A stretch of DNA of 64,000 bases from Eledone cirrhosa (taxonomy: Eukaryota): positions 179,366,001 through 179,430,000 of the forward strand of contig OZ024740.1 of NCBI GenBank assembly GCA_964016885.1. Reading direction: 5' to 3'. This document shows, piece by piece, positions 28,067 to 44,081 of the stretch; the first letter of the stretch is position 1; each line of letters starts with the position of its first letter. Below the pieces are notes generated by a model, which saw nothing but the letters and a program-made list of their open reading frames with translations, was not told the origin of the DNA and made no database searches. Both the position numbers and the translations under genes were made by a program.

Positions 28067-28696
28067 AATCTCTGGTCGTAAATAGAAGTATGTGAGTACA
28101 AGTGTTTTATCAATTGTTCAATTTCTTATAGTATAACTTAAATGATACATTAGTTCACCTGCTGAATTACACATCAGGCCGCATTTGGTGCAAATGACAG
28201 GATGGAAAGTCTGATCGGATGTTGGTGTAAGACATCGCGATCTAAAACATCGGATGATGACTTAGATCGCGAAAATGGACCAGGCGAGATTTTTCAAAGT
28301 TCTCTATAGTTTCATGACTGAGAGTTTCCCATATATATAGTTTTGACTAATGCCATCGCTTGATACTTAAACATGAGTATCACGGACGTGGCTTTTTAGT
28401 CCTGTTAGTGACGTGCCTATGGCCAGCAATGCTAGACATCGCAAAAAAGTAACACATCAAGCGATGCGTGTGCTTGAGGCTTTTTTAAGCCAATCCCACT
28501 CTATGAACATTTACCCAAAATGTAAAACTGGCCTACTTCATTGGATGCACACGAAGTCGCAGGTTTTTCATCAGAGTGATCCTCTTCTAAGGAGATGTCT
28601 TAAGGAAGACTAAAAATCTCTTGCTCCACAAAATAAATAAAGAAAAAATAAATACTTTATTGAATACTCGTTGACGCTCCTCCTTTCAACGGGTTT

Positions 28697-28788
<92 letters not shown>

Positions 28789-28790
<2 letters not shown>

Positions 28791-29783
28791 AAAATTAAGA
28801 TAAATCAAAGTGAATTTAATCTAAGTCAAAATTATGGGTGTCATGCCAGAAAGGCATGCGCCATATCACCCGTAAAATAAGCTCCAAGATTCTAATGAAT
28901 AGGTCCGCAGCATTTTATATCAACTAGAAATTGATTAACATATAAATAAACATATGAAACTATCACAGGGGAGAATTTTTACAAGTGTGTAAGCACACAT
29001 AGCTAGGCAGGTAACTAAATAAAGTTAACTTGAACTTCAAAAATAGATACCTTATAATAGGATTAATCTTCCCTGTATATATTTCATTAAAGAAATATAT
29101 TTCACCAATTAATCGAATGGTAAACCACGGAGTCCGATACTTGGATTTTCAACAAGGAAGAAGTCCAGCTATCTGTGTTTACGCATTAAGTTCAAATCAG
29201 GGACTGGTCAGTAACACGTGCTGTATCTACTAAAAATACACACATCATACCAGCTGCGTCCCAGTGGCGTGAATAGGGTTATCGACAACTAGAAACAGCA
29301 GTCAAGTCCTTTCAACAGAGTCAGCTCTACAATTATGGGTGTCATGCCAGAAAGGCATGACACCCATCATTTTGATTTAGATTAAATTCACTTTGATTTA
29401 TCTTAATTTTGAATATAGATATATAAATACGGCTCCTTAATTGTAGAGCTAACTCTGTTGAAAGTACTTGACTGCTGTTTTTAGTTGTCGATAACCCTAT
29501 TCATGCCACTGGGACGAAGCTGGTATGAAGTGTGTAGTTTTAGTAGATACAGCACGTGTTACTGGCCAGTCGCTGATTTGAACTTAATGCGTAAACACAG
29601 ATGGATGGACTTCTTCCTTGTTGAAAATCCAAGTATCGGCCTCCGTGGTTTACCATTCGATTAATTGGTGAAATATATTTCTTTAATGGAATATATACAG
29701 GGAAGATTAATCATATTATAAGGTATCCATTTTTGAAGGTCTAGTTAACTTTATTTAGTTACCTACCTAGCTATGTGTGCTTA
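28789..29783. repeat. Compound inverted-repeat element next to (TA)n
   Basis: 28789-28850 is inverted relative to 29345-29411; 28991-29335 is inverted relative to 29440-29783; internal hairpin atgggtgtcatgcc-agaaa-ggcatgacacccat. Confidence 0.85.
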
Positions 29784-29784
29784 T

Positions 29785-30960
29785 TTCGTATATTTTTGTT
29801 GTAGTGTAGGAACAATAGTTCTTTCGGATTTCTCTTAGCCACACTGCTTCTTGGTTAAAATTCTTCTTTTCACCCCATATTTTGCTCAAAAAGAATTATA
29901 TGTCTTTCTGGGATGGGGCCTCAGTGACACTTATTATTTTGTTCTTCACATCTCTATAGACTGATGTTTGGTTTCGTCTGAATCTTTTATTAAGCACTTT
30001 TCTCTCATCTACCTTTTTCAGGTATCGGCGTTTTTCGCTGACAGCTCTCAATTCTTGTTTGAGGGTGATCAGCTTATATTGAAGAGTTCTGGTTCTACTG
30101 TTACCAAACATCGTCTTTATTTTATTTTTCACTCTTTGTTGGTGAGGAGTGAGGTTTGTTTTGTGTTTGTTTGCATGTAAGGAGCATTGCCACATATCCA
30201 TGGTTTTTCGTAGGTCAGCAATCTTTTTTTCTATTTTAGTTATATATGATGGTATTTTTGGTGGTGTTCCATTCTTGTTAATATCTCTGCTATCACTAGA
30301 TAATGTTTCACTGTCATTGCTAATGCATATAACAGGCGTTGATTTGCCAAAATGTTGGGTTTTTTATCCATCGTAAATATTAATTCATCAGATGGTACAC
30401 GTGGTGTCAAATTTCTTCAATTATCATTATTATTTCTTCGATTATTATTATTATCGATAGTGTTTTCCCCAGCATTCGAGGTAGACTTAGATGGTACAGG
30501 TGGTGTCAAGTTTCTTACAGGCATAGTTGTTTCAAGGCGCTGTTCAACCTGGCTGCTAGGATGTCTAGTAGCATGGCGACCTGTAGCACGTGTTTGTTGT
30601 TGGGGACTTATAATTATTACTATTTATTTTATTTTTACGTTCAACAAACGTCGCTTGTTGGCGTAATTGTTTCGCTGTGAAATAATTTAGCTATGGGTGC
30701 ATTTCGTCCCAGTGTAGCTTCATTCTGTTGATATAGCCAATGGAGGGATTGTTTTTTGCCATTTTATAACAATTAAATAAATCATTATTAAGTTCGCAAC
30801 TCCAAGAGAAATGCAATTTATAATTTCGGTTTCTTCTGTAGCTACAACTGAATAAAGTTTGTTTACCTTTCTTGTTGTTTGTCTTCTATACTTCCTGAAT
30901 TTTGTTGCTGATGTTGTGTTCAGCCATGCTGTTTGTAGCAAATCCTTGTAAAATGAATTA
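29785..30960 (-). pseudogene. R4/Dong-like LINE fragment upstream of the RT domain
   Basis: LNKRFRRNQTSVYR..PSQKDI.FFLSKIW..NQEAVWL fits the R4/Dong pattern F..NQK..Y..P....FW..IW....N..A.WL. Confidence 0.7.
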
Positions 30961-31076
30961 TTGATTTAGTCGGATATCTCTACGAATTCGAATAAAAGGT
31001 GTATGTATGTATGTATGTATGTATGTATGTATGTATGTATGTATGTATGTTTGTATGTATGTTTGTATCATGTATG

Positions 31077-31178
<102 letters not shown>

Positions 31179-33816
31179 TGTATGCATGTATGTATAAATG
31201 TATGTGTGTCTGTATTTATGTCTGTATGTATATATTAAAGTCCTGGTTTTTTCAAGAGAGGTGGTAAATTACTCATTATCGCGTTCATTTCAATTAGATT
31301 TGTGAATGAGTGACTGTTTATGTGCACGCGTGTGTTTATATATTTCTCCCTACATATTCATGAATTCACAAAGATGCATAGATATATATAAACATACATA
31401 TGTATGTATATATATATATATATTTCGAAAATATTTATCGGAAATAATTATCTTAGAAAATGCATAAATTGCAAACGCGGAAAATCACTGTCACCATAGT
31501 TGATTGCTATGAATGATAGTTGAGAGAAACCTGTATAAATCCTTGCAGACGGCAAAAAGAGGCTGAATTTCACAGATATTAATTTCGTCTCTTTTTCTGA
31601 ATACATGACCATTTTACAGGATTTTCTAATCTATTTTTGTGGTTACTGTTATTTTCTGAGCTTGAGATTTCTGCATTCTCTAAGAATGGTATAGTATGGT
31701 CCAGAAACTCCCGATGGAGTCGTAGGGGCGCCGTATTGTTTATACGTTGGCTGTTACTAATACTAAATATAATTGGTATTATTTAAGGTTTTTCGTGTGT
31801 TTTCAGTTAATCTGATCTCCAATAATCTCGCTGTCGACTTTTTCTTCGAAAACGAAATGGTGGTGCAGATCGAATTTTCCCTGCCTCAGATATTTCTTCC
31901 GAGGTAATGTTTTTCGCTTCTAGTTGCTTTCGTTTGTTATCGATCAATCTGACAACAGTCTCACTCGCCAACTATTCCTTTTTCTGAGAACGGTGGCTGG
32001 AAGTGATGGAAACACTCAGCGATACAGACAATCAGTTCTCAGCCGTTTGAATTCATAGAAAAGCACCCACTATCATCCTTTTCATGACAACCTGTAAAAG
32101 GAACAATTCATCCAAGTCATTTTATATTCTATTTACATTTTTTTAGATGTTACTACAATTGATAGTTGTTTTTTTCGAGAAACAGCTTCGTTGATTACTC
32201 AACAGCATATTTTTAATATATAAATCAAATAATTGACGGTGCGTCCTGTAAAGTGACCGTGTGTGTAAAACATAACTACACAAATAATAACAGCTATCAT
32301 ATTAAGTGATAATGACTGAGCTACAAACAGCCAGAACTGTGACAATAGCACACTTTGTGAAAGACATCAAATTTTGAATGGTCAACATTGCACAGAGTAG
32401 GTGTATTTAATGTATCTATTACGGTTCGGAAATTTAAGGTTTTGCCAAGCATAATGATTACATAAAACGGTTGGAACACAAAGCATTGCTAAATACCACT
32501 GCACTTTCTGCACTGCTTGTTTCTCAGTTCAAGGTATGTGAAAACGAAAATATCATTGAAGGTCAAATATGTATTTCTAGCTTTAGGTATATCGGAATTT
32601 ATGAGGAACATGTTATATAAAATTCGGCAAACAAGAAACGTTGCTCCGTTTGTGATTACATCAATTCTGCGATATTACTTTAGTGGAGTTTACTTTATTA
32701 GTTTTAAACATCAGTATGAATTTATTTTTCTTTAAACATACTTATTTCTGACTGTTCAGATCTTTTATTAAATACATACACGTGATCATGCCGTCTTTCT
32801 TATTTATGTAGTGTGCATCTAGTACCACATCATTCATTCTGTCTTTCCCTTTTAAACCGAAATCCATTATTTGAAGGAGATTTGGCTATTGTTTCTAGCA
32901 AATCGACTACACCCTCTCAGAAGATTTATGCAACAAGGGAATAATAGAACTAACTCCTATTAAATCACTAGTGAAATGAAAAGTTTCTAGTTGACAAATA
33001 AAGCAAATTGATAATTGATTTAAACAATATTTATTTTAAGAAATCAAATTTAAAAAGTAAATATAGAAATACTAAAACATGAATACGCAACTAGTATCTT
33101 ACACTTCATTTAATGTATTTTAATTGCAATAAAACAAATTATGAAAACGTATCATAAAACATCAGGGAAGCAGAATAAAAGAGGATACAATTCCCAATAG
33201 AGTGGTGGTGTTAAGGACCAATTAAACTGTACAAATGAAATAAAATATTAAATTGAAAAGTTAATGAATGGGAACTTATAATCTTCATTCAAAGGAAACA
33301 ACAAAAAATCATATTAATTCTTACTGGCTGAAAAGCATTACTAATGAGTTACAATATTGAAAACATTACACATTTTTCTTAATTACAATTGATTGTTTCA
33401 ATGCTTTTGACCAATGTGTGGTTATATATTTAATTTGATTTGTTTTGGTATAGAGAAGAAGAAATATTGATGAAACTACGATCACAATTTCCATATACTT
33501 GCTTGTTGGTAGAGGAAGAAGGGGGTTGAAGTTTACACAGGTCAAGTAAAATATTGTAGAATTAATTTTCTTCACACACTCTGACGAGTTGTTTCCTAAT
33601 ATGATGACAGCCGAAGACGACACATTTGATTGAGGAAAAGAAGGAAACTATTAAAGGTTGAAGAAGAAAGAAAAAGAAGGGATGGGCAAACCGTAGGAAC
33701 AAAAAAGAACCATAAGAAAAGGAAATAGGACAGCGTGGAAAAATAAAGAGAAACTAATTATTGAAGAAGAAAATAATAGTGAAGTAACAGAAAATAAAAC
33801 GAACAAGAAATTTAGC

Positions 33817-34005
33817 AATAATTGTTTCTACTATTGGCACAAGGCCAGAAAATTACCCAGTACATTACTGGTACTTTATTTTATCGACCCCGTAAGGATG
33901 AAAGGCAAAGTTAACCTCGGCGGGATTTGAACTCAGAATGGCAACGGCCGTAACTCTATGCGTCAAAGCATGGCGTCCGAACCTCTACCGATACTGCCAA
34001 TCCAC
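33817..34005 (-). mobile_element. Meta-like SINE copy
   Basis: Reverse complement of the SINE consensus, including head and TTA tail. Confidence 0.85.
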
Positions 34006-34024
34006 CGAGCAATAATAGGAAGCA

Positions 34025-34386
34025 ATGTTACTCGATAGAATGCGTAGCTTGGGGATGAGAGAGTCACCACAAGTCCAGCCGCTTCCCCTCCGAATTGAGA
34101 GATCAAAGCTCCGATATTATGTGCATGGGGTTAGAATGTCTCAGGAAGGAATTACTGGTCAGATTTTACGGGCAAAGCAACCGTGCCGGCTATCCAGAGA
34201 AAGACACTGAGCAAGATAGATGAGCTTGACTGATCTCACCTGGGGATCTGTTGGAGGCGGTTGCTTCTGACAGTTCCCGGTGGAAGGAGAAGAAGAAGAC
34301 TCTTCCCCCATGACCCTCACAAGAAGAAGAAGAAGAAGAAGAAGAAGAAGAAGAAGAAGAAGAAGAAGAAGAAGAAGAAGAAGAAG
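34025..34386 (+). mobile_element. RTE LINE 3' remnant with (AAG)n tail
   Basis: LRIERSKLRYYVHGVRM..QILRA resembles the RTE C-terminus LRIERSQLRWFGHV.RM. Confidence 0.7.
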
Positions 34387-34821
34387 CAAAGATTCTGCAA
34401 TGTGACATGATTCACTATACTACGGTCATAAAGGGGTACAAATTGATTTGGTTTATCATCCAGACCCAGTGCGTATAATTTCCTATATTCTCTATCTCTC
34501 TCTCTGTATATAAACATTATTCGTGTTAAACATGAGGCTATGAAGAAAGATAAGAATGATTCTGAAGAAAGAAGACATTCAGAGAAGGATAGATAGTGAT
34601 GAAGAAAAAGAGATTACTTTGATATTGAGAGGGAGAAAAAGAATACATTTTATTTTCATAGCTATTACTTAGATTATTACAAGTAGAGTTTTCTATGCGT
34701 TTGAAGATATAAAAGAATTAATCGGAGAAAAATGGCAATTAGTTGGCTCTATTGTTACTTAGAAGAGTGTTTTATGAAATAATTTGAATAAAAAACGGAA
34801 ACGTCTTCAACGAAGTACAAC

Positions 34822-34865
<44 letters not shown>

Positions 34866-34869
<4 letters not shown>

Positions 34870-35044
34870 GAAAAAAATGAAACGAAATTTCATTTCTCAC
34901 TCTTTGTTTATAAACACACCGAGCATTATAATAAATGTTCGGTGAACCCATACGTACATATATATATATATATGTGCATGTATTTATATATATATATACA
35001 TACTACTGTACGTCTGTATACATATATGTATGTACGTATACACA

Positions 35045-35046
<2 letters not shown>
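34866..35046 (+). repeat. TA-embedded repeat related to 44600-45275
   Basis: 34866-34905 matches 44995-45039 directly; the remainder is the reverse complement of about 44605-44775. Confidence 0.75.
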
Positions 35047-35108
<62 letters not shown>

Positions 35109-35307
35109 TATACAAGGAGAGATTACAATACGAACATTTTTATTCTGTGTGTGCAACTATGTCAATTGTCAGGAAAGTTCGCCGATAATTATATCGTATA
35201 TACATAGAGAGAAAGAGAGAGAGAGAGAGAGAGAGGGGGGAAAATGAAAGATAAATATATATACAGACACACATATATATTTTATATACAAACAAACATA
35301 TATATAT

Positions 35308-35415
<108 letters not shown>

Positions 35416-35523
35416 ATGTGTGTATGTATGTCTGTGTATGTGTGTGTGTGTTAGTAAATACATTTATATTTGTTGTTTTTACATCTGTGTGTTTGGATCT
35501 GTGTGTTTCTATGACACACAAAC

Positions 35524-35576
<53 letters not shown>

Positions 35577-36325
35577 TTCTATCTATATTCTGTTGAACAT
35601 TGGTATCTATACTTGGCACTATTCTGGCAAACATCTGTAATGTGTCAGGCATAATTGTGTCCCTATCGTGTATGCAAATGTACTCAATCGAAAACTTGGC
35701 ATTTATTTAACTGAACATTTTGGTATATTTTTTTTCTTTTTCATGTCTTTTCCACTTTATTTAAGTTATTTTTTGGTTTCAGGTTAAATTTCCCTCTGCG
35801 AATAGTCAATGAGCATCACTTTAACAAACTTATTTGCTCATATATCTCTTATTCAAGATATCTCCAACAAGTAGTTCTTTCGAAAAAAGAAAAAAATAAG
35901 AAGGGAAAAAGAAATAAAAAATTGAGATACTTAATTCGAATTGCTAATTCGAACTGTTTGTAGTCGTTTCTTTATTATATTCAAGGGCATCATTATATTA
36001 AGTAAAATTCCTCAATCAAACGTGTAGGCATCGGAGTCTTCACTTTCTTCAACCTCTTCTAGACTTGTATGATTGGTAAAAGCAGTAGAGGTACAGGTCC
36101 ATATTAAATGGAAAATGCTTTCAGAAGGAAACTAGACGAGAGGGCACCATAAGTGCGACCTGAGTATGTGTGCAGGGAAAATATATTTGTTAAATACACC
36201 CGTTGGTGAAATAGAAGCTTTGAACTATTTTGTGGGGAGTAAAATGCATTTGTAAGAATATAAGGTAAAATATATAGTTCATGATCATATTATATGTATC
36301 TCTCTCTCTCTCTCCCCCTCTCTCT

Positions 36326-36434
<109 letters not shown>

Positions 36435-36494
36435 TTCAATCTTTCACTATATATTATTCTTCAATCTTTCACTATATATATATATATATATATA

Positions 36495-36628
36495 GTGAAA
36501 ATTGAAGAATAAAATGGTCGACTGTACAAAAATGGTTTTATTTCTAGTATTAACAATTGTTTCATTGATCACTATCCACAATACAGAGTACTCACAACCA
36601 CTAACTGGATTACTTAAAACGTTATCCC
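36495..36628 (+). mobile_element. 134-bp miniature of the Naiad-like PLE family (inverted pLTR stub plus 3' tail)
   Basis: Begins like 20887 (gtgaaa..tgaaga.taa.atgg) and ends like 22541-22605 (..gttatccc); flanked by (TA)n. Confidence 0.8.
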
Positions 36629-36644
36629 ATATATATATATATAT

Positions 36645-36816
36645 AACGAAGGAAATGTGGTAAGGAACCAGATGGACCATAACGCATCAAAGTACTCAAT
36701 ACTTAGGGTAGTAGAGTGGGTAATAGGAACAGTCCAGAATTAGCCGTCGAAACGGCTTGAGCTCTGCCGTCGGGGTCATACGTGTTCCTATTACCCACTC
36801 TACTAGTAAAGCTCTG
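36645..36816 (-). repeat. Small TA-flanked element with a perfect 23-bp inverted repeat; a stub copy lies at 43283-43326
   Basis: tagtagagtgggtaataggaaca (36709-36731) pairs with 36783-36805. Confidence 0.7.
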
Positions 36817-36861
<45 letters not shown>

Positions 36862-37689
36862 GAATAATCGAGAATCGGTATTTCAGCCCACGAAATCACG
36901 ATAAACAATATCCGATATATGTGGCAGAGGGCTCAATAATTTGGAAAAATCAGAGCTATAACTATCGTTAAAATACCAACACATAGAGGTCATGCCTAAA
37001 ATCACCCATGCAGCCGAGAATAAACGACCAGGAAGATTCGGGTCACTCAAATAAAATATCAATAAATTAATAAATTAAATGAATGTAAAACTTACCCGGA
37101 CCCGCTAGAATGATGTTAAATCTAGCTTGGGTTTCTGCAATTCCTTAATCTGAACACTATCAGCCCAATAAAAGATATATAAGGCTTATAGAGAAGAGAG
37201 GAACAAGGAAAGCTTTATCAACGAGTCTTTAGTTCCACAGTATAGAAGGGCCCCGAAGCTAAATGACGCACATGATATTCAGCAAGGGAGGGAACCCTTA
37301 TATTAGCGAAAGAATTCGGTGATGTGTAAATTATGTAACAATACAAATTATCACATATCGAATCAGAGTGCTCAACAGACATGTTAAAATAAACAAGAGC
37401 TATTCATCAGTCAATAAGATCAACAAAGCAATCATCAATAAAATTAACTGGTCAATAGCTAGGGTCTAGAGCTGTTACCTTTACCTTTATATATATATTT
37501 ATATATACAGAGAGCTTTATTCACATAAATCTTAACATCCTGCTTCAAAGATTAATGTGGTTTTCTTACAAAATCCCCAATGACTTCACTATTTTAAAAT
37601 CAAACTGACTGTGTGTCTGTCTTAGAAAAACATTCCGACTACCATTCTAAAGAACATTGACAAGCAATGGTAAACAGATATTGGTAAAC

Positions 37690-38270
37690 GGTAGTTGGCG
37701 CTTAAGGCTCCACTTAATTAAAACTAAATTACGTGAATTTAATATTGCCGAAATATTTCCTGATTTGGTAAAAAATTCTTCAACAGTCACAAATATTCCA
37801 CATAATTGTACCGCAAAGTTTAGCACAGGGAACATCATTTGGCTCGTAATTGATCCGAAAAACCCAATAACCGCTTCAAATTATTCGATAACCCCAAAAG
37901 CCAGGAAATTTATTCCGAATACACATGTCAACTAGTAAGCAGATGAAACAAATTCAACTGCCAAAATAATAAATATATGTCCCCAAGAAAATTTGTGCAA
38001 AGGTGAAACTGGTAAGTGACCGATCAAACAGTATATGATGCAGGGATTATATGAAGCTAAAGTAAACACCAACAGAACAGTCAATATTTAGAAGCAATAG
38101 AACACGAATGAATCTAACGGTTAAAATTGAAATCTCTACACTAATAATATTTGCTTTGTCCTAAACGATAGGGCAAAGACACATGCCGAAATCACTTCAT
38201 TCTAAAGAGACCCCTACGAGGTTATAACATAACTGATGGGAGATTTTCTTTTCAATGCTGCAATGTAATT
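37690..38270 (+). pseudogene. Highly decayed Penelope-like RT-thumb/GIY-YIG remnant
   Basis: NIAEIFPDLVK/KFFNSHKY resembles PLE NIGK.FL.L..KHF..HK; GLYEAKV resembles IY.A.V. Confidence 0.4.
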
Positions 38271-38984
38271 GTACGAAATATGAAAACACGTTAGTATACA
38301 AATATAACTGCAGAACGCATACATCTTTTCAATGCCACACATTGACAAATACCTCTCTCTGACTAGGTGTGTGTGTACAAAACACAGCTGAAATCTAACG
38401 CTTGTGTTATGAGCGTATATAATGTACAGGCGTCTTTATAATTTTGAATAAAGTATATCGAATTGGTATTTGTAGTTTTCATTACAAATATGTTTACAAC
38501 AACGGTTTCCATTTCTAGCTAATATATTCTATTCGGATTCATTACTTATGCATTTTACTCAAGAGAATTATTAAAATTATCTATATTTCAATAGGCGAAA
38601 TTATACATATAATAGCAAAAATAGATATATTTATTTACTTAAACATAGCTAAACACGCATACATTATATATATATATATATATACATATACATACATGTC
38701 TGCATGTGCTTAAGTGTATGTTTACTTAATAGCCACAGGTGCATAATTATGCATAGCAACTAATATAATACACAATCATTTGTGATGTAAAAAGAAATAT
38801 TTGTATATTATCGACATATTGTATAGTTAAGTGAGAAAAGTTCTTTCGTACAACCACGGCAAAAGAATCCAGATGTTCTGTCAGGTAACTATAAATATAC
38901 CACATACCCTTCATATGGTGCAGTTGACCTCTTATCCTTTTGATAATGTAATCCACATAGTTATTAATAGTACTGTGTTGTTCT

Positions 38985-39092
38985 TGAGCTCGTAAGCTAG
39001 AATGGCTCTTCCAACGCGTCTCTCTCATCATCCTCCGCGGAAACGCCTGCTCCATTTTGTCTACCGGGGTCACGGGGCAGCCAGCGCGTGGG
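38985..39092 (+). pseudogene. CRE-clade retrotransposon extreme C-terminal fragment
   Basis: Hand translation EWLFQRVSLIILRGNACSILSTG matches the CRE terminus LFQR.S..I.RGNA..I. Confidence 0.7.
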
Positions 39093-39094
39093 CC

Positions 39095-40051
39095 CCTATT
39101 TGTTCAATTTAAATATTTGCCTGCAAGGTAAAACGAAGCATATATATGAAATGTGGCAAAAGATCCAAGCGTTTCGAAAAAATTTAACATTTTTCAAAAC
39201 ATTACTCTCTCGCTCGAATATATCTGCAGAAAACTTCCCAGAGCTAGCAAAAATGTTGAATGAGCTGAAATGGGAAAATAAAATATTCGATGAATATGTA
39301 GATGTCTTGAATTCTTTAATAGAAGAATATACTGAAAGATTTTCAGATATTGACGAACACACACCTGCTATGAAACTGGTATTTGAACCACATTTAGTAG
39401 ATATACCCGAGGCTTGCACGGAACTACAAGTTGAGTTACTTGAGTTGGAGGAAGATAGTATCCACAAATCCCTTTTCGACACTAAAAAGTATCCCATAGA
39501 AATCTGGTCAAATGCTGTTGCATATCCACGCCTACGAGAGCATGCACGCCGTTTACTTTCCTGCTTTAGAAGTACTTACTGCTGCGAGTCAACATTTTCT
39601 CTCATGACAAAAATTAAAACTACTTTAAGAACGCAAACCACAGATGCTCATTGAGAGGATCAATTAAGGCTGCGCGTTACGAAGCTTGATCCAAATATTC
39701 AATTACTTTCAAGCAAGAAACAAATACAAATATCCCACTAACTTCAATTTTCCATCGGATTTAAAAATTATTTTACGTATTGTTACTATGTTAGTTTTTT
39801 TAACTTAATATTATGTTAGTTTTTTTTAACTTGATATTATTATTTTTCTATTGTATTTCTTTATATGAATACAAACATATTTTATATTGTAACTTTTTAT
39901 GTTAAATAATAAATAAATGACTATGAAACTATACAAAAACTATAATAATTTCACCAAAGTCGCATTTATAGGTATATCAACTTATGCGGCCTCCTTTATT
40001 ACTGCCTAATTTAAATGTGGCCTCTAATGGTAAAAAGGTTCCCCACATCTG
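39095..40051 (+). mobile_element. hAT (Buster/Charlie/SPIN-like) transposon 3' part
   Basis: NLNICLQGK..IQAF..FRSTYCCESTFSLM, continuing past a stop at 39652 to ..PNIQLL..QISH* at 39741; subterminal gcggcc motifs; right TIR aaggttccccacatctg. Confidence 0.9.
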
Positions 40052-41264
40052 GTTTATATGTTTCAGGGACACACTCATGCATTATCTCACGAATGTGAAT
40101 CACTGTCAAAAGCTTTCTTTTAATTAATCCCGATGGTGCTCAAATCTTCCCCTCTCCTCTCCCATCATCCAACTTCGTTCCTTCCTCTGTGTTCTCACTC
40201 GGATAAACCGGAATACTGAATGTATGATATATGTATGTATGTATTTATGTATGTGTGTATTTATGTATTTATGTATGTATTTATGTATGTATGCATTTAT
40301 GTATGTATGAATGTATGTATGTATGCATGTATGTATATATGCTGTCCTGACAGTGCATCGCCTTCACAGGTTAAGACAATTTCGGAAACCCTTAAATTAT
40401 TTCAGACTTCTACTTATTTTATGGATGTCTTGTTGTCTAATCAGCCGATTTACGAAACATATATCCTTCTAGGTCATTTCGATTTTGGGAACAATATATT
40501 AAAAACGTATATACATGTATGTACGTATGCATGTGTATATGATATAAGTTACTTGTATTAACGATCCATTCCTTTTAGTAGGTAAATTTGACATAGGCGG
40601 ACTACCATAATTTTTCTGACAACATGGCAACGGACACGCTATATTGATACATCACGTTTCCTATTAAATCGGTACTTTAGAATGATCGGCTCATGCACCC
40701 TTTAATTACAAATTCATTACAAATTTATCCCAAATTTGGTTTCAGTCAAATTGATTGATTAGTTTGGCAATTGATGGGATTAATATCATCGTCTACTTAC
40801 AAGCATGTGAAGCAGAAATCGTAGTGATATTGCCTAAATAATTAGAAATATTTAGTTACATATCATTTATGAAAAGTGTGTGTTCTGGCTCAGTAAAATA
40901 GAAAGCAGTGGTGTCTTACAGTTGAGTCAAGACCATAAAACACTTAAATGATGTTCTTGAAACAAGTATTCTCAGAAATCATATCATAAGAAAATTAGAA
41001 GGACATTGAGATGATTAAATGCCTAAACAAAGATGATGATTATGTCCCTCAATATTCTGCAATAAAATCCTGCTAGGGCCGAATATTAAATATCCTCCAC
41101 TTTGTGAGGAGAAACTGAGATAATATGAATATAGACAGTTCGAAATCATGAAGTATATAATAATTTCAATGAAAATAACCCTCATATAAAATATTTTCAT
41201 TGCTCAGAATGAAGAAAATAATTCTGATCTTACCATACTCTCTCTTTCTTACACACACACACAC

Positions 41265-41305
<41 letters not shown>

Positions 41306-41600
41306 TTGTGTGTGTATGTGTGTGTGTCTGTTTCCAATATTAATAATAATATTCGATTCGTTTTCAATTATGCAAACAAGCCTCATTTTTAAAGCCATAT
41401 CAGTAGAATAAACCCCCCATTCTTGCTCTTGTGTTGGCATGTAAACAGAACTGCAGGCACTAATGTTTCCGGGTACCACTCTTCATCTATACAGCTCACT
41501 GACCACCTGCCAACTCTCAGAGGTAGTGAATATATATGCTTATTTTCTAAAATATACTTGTTTGCATAATTGCAAACGAATCAACTATTATTATTAATAT

Positions 41601-41980
41601 TGGTATCGGTAGAGGGTCGGACGCCATGCTTTGACGCAAAGAGTTACAGCCCTTTCCATTCTGAGTTCAAATCTCGGTGAGGTTAACTTTGCCTTTCATC
41701 CTTACGGGGTCGATAAAATAAAGTACCAGTAATACACTGGTTATTTGCTGGCCTTGTGCCAAAAGTAGAAACAATTATTATTAATATTGGTGGATTGGCA
41801 GTATCGGTAGAGGGTCGGACGCCATGCTTTGACGCATAGAATTACGGCCCTTTCCATTCTGAGTTCAAATCCCGCCGAGGTCAACTTTGCCTTTCATCCT
41901 TACGGGGTCGATAAAAAAAGTACCAGTAATGTACTGGGTAATTGCGGGCTTTGTAGCAAAAGTTTAAACAATTATTATTA
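41601..41980 (+). mobile_element. Head-to-tail dimer of Meta-like SINEs
   Basis: Two ~185-bp copies separated only by the ttattattaatatt tail. Confidence 0.88.
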
Positions 41981-42092
41981 ATATTCGAAAAACTCAGATT
42001 ACATTTATTGTATTCAGCCATGAAAAGCAAAAAAAAAAAGAAAATTTATATATATATATATATATATATAAGTATTTTGTTTCATTTTTTCC

Positions 42093-43284
<1,192 letters not shown>

Positions 43285-43906
43285 TACGTTATGGTCCATC
43301 TGGTTCCTTACCACATTTCCTTAGTTATATATATATATATATATATATAATCCATGTACAACCAGCAGTATTCTTCTCCCCATATTTTTCACATATATTT
43401 ACCTAAACTGCGATTCTGTTTCTCTCTCTCTCTTACTGCTCCATCGTTCTCTCTGTTTCTCTTACTTTCTTTCGTCCCCTCTGTCATGTCAGTTAACACT
43501 TTCTCTCTACTGACCTCTTCCTCGCACTTCCACTCACTCACTCACTGTTTCTCCCCTTCTCACTTCCCCCCGTTCGCGACGAAAACGATTTTCCTTCTTT
43601 CTTACATCGGATTCATCTCAAAAGATCTATTTCTTACTCGCTCATATATTCACCCAGCTTATACTGATAGAATAACTATGTAGCTTGTGTTTCTTCCTAT
43701 CTCCGGTTAGCTTTCCCCTGTGTTGTTTACTTGTCTCACTCGCTTTACGCGTTTTAATTGTCCTAATAACTTATTTTAGTTATTATTGCACCAACGTGAG
43801 GTATATGATTTTTAATGCAATGAAATATCTATGATCTTCGGCAAATCACTGATGAGGGACTTATTTTATTACATGTTATCTATGTGCTACCTGCAGTATT
43901 TTTTTT

Positions 43907-43942
<36 letters not shown>

Positions 43943-43985
43943 ATATAAAACTAAAAATCAGTGATACATCTGGACTCAGTTTATT

Positions 43986-44081
43986 GCGTGTTACAATTGT
44001 TTCGCCGGCAGATAGCTCGAGACACGATCATTGTATGTATGGATCTGTCTGACTCTAGATCTGCAGGTTCTTCGGACACAT
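43986..44081 (-). ncRNA. Hammerhead motif with CCGAAGA core and 65-nt stem II
   Basis: Minus strand: tgtgt-CCGAAGA-acctgcagat...atctgccggc-GAAAC-aatt-GTA-acacg-c-AATAAA. Confidence 0.78.

Noticed and set aside
43845-43880. CTGATGAG after a pyrimidine-rich PLE-like 3' region
   Set aside because: No downstream GAAA or stem; incomplete.
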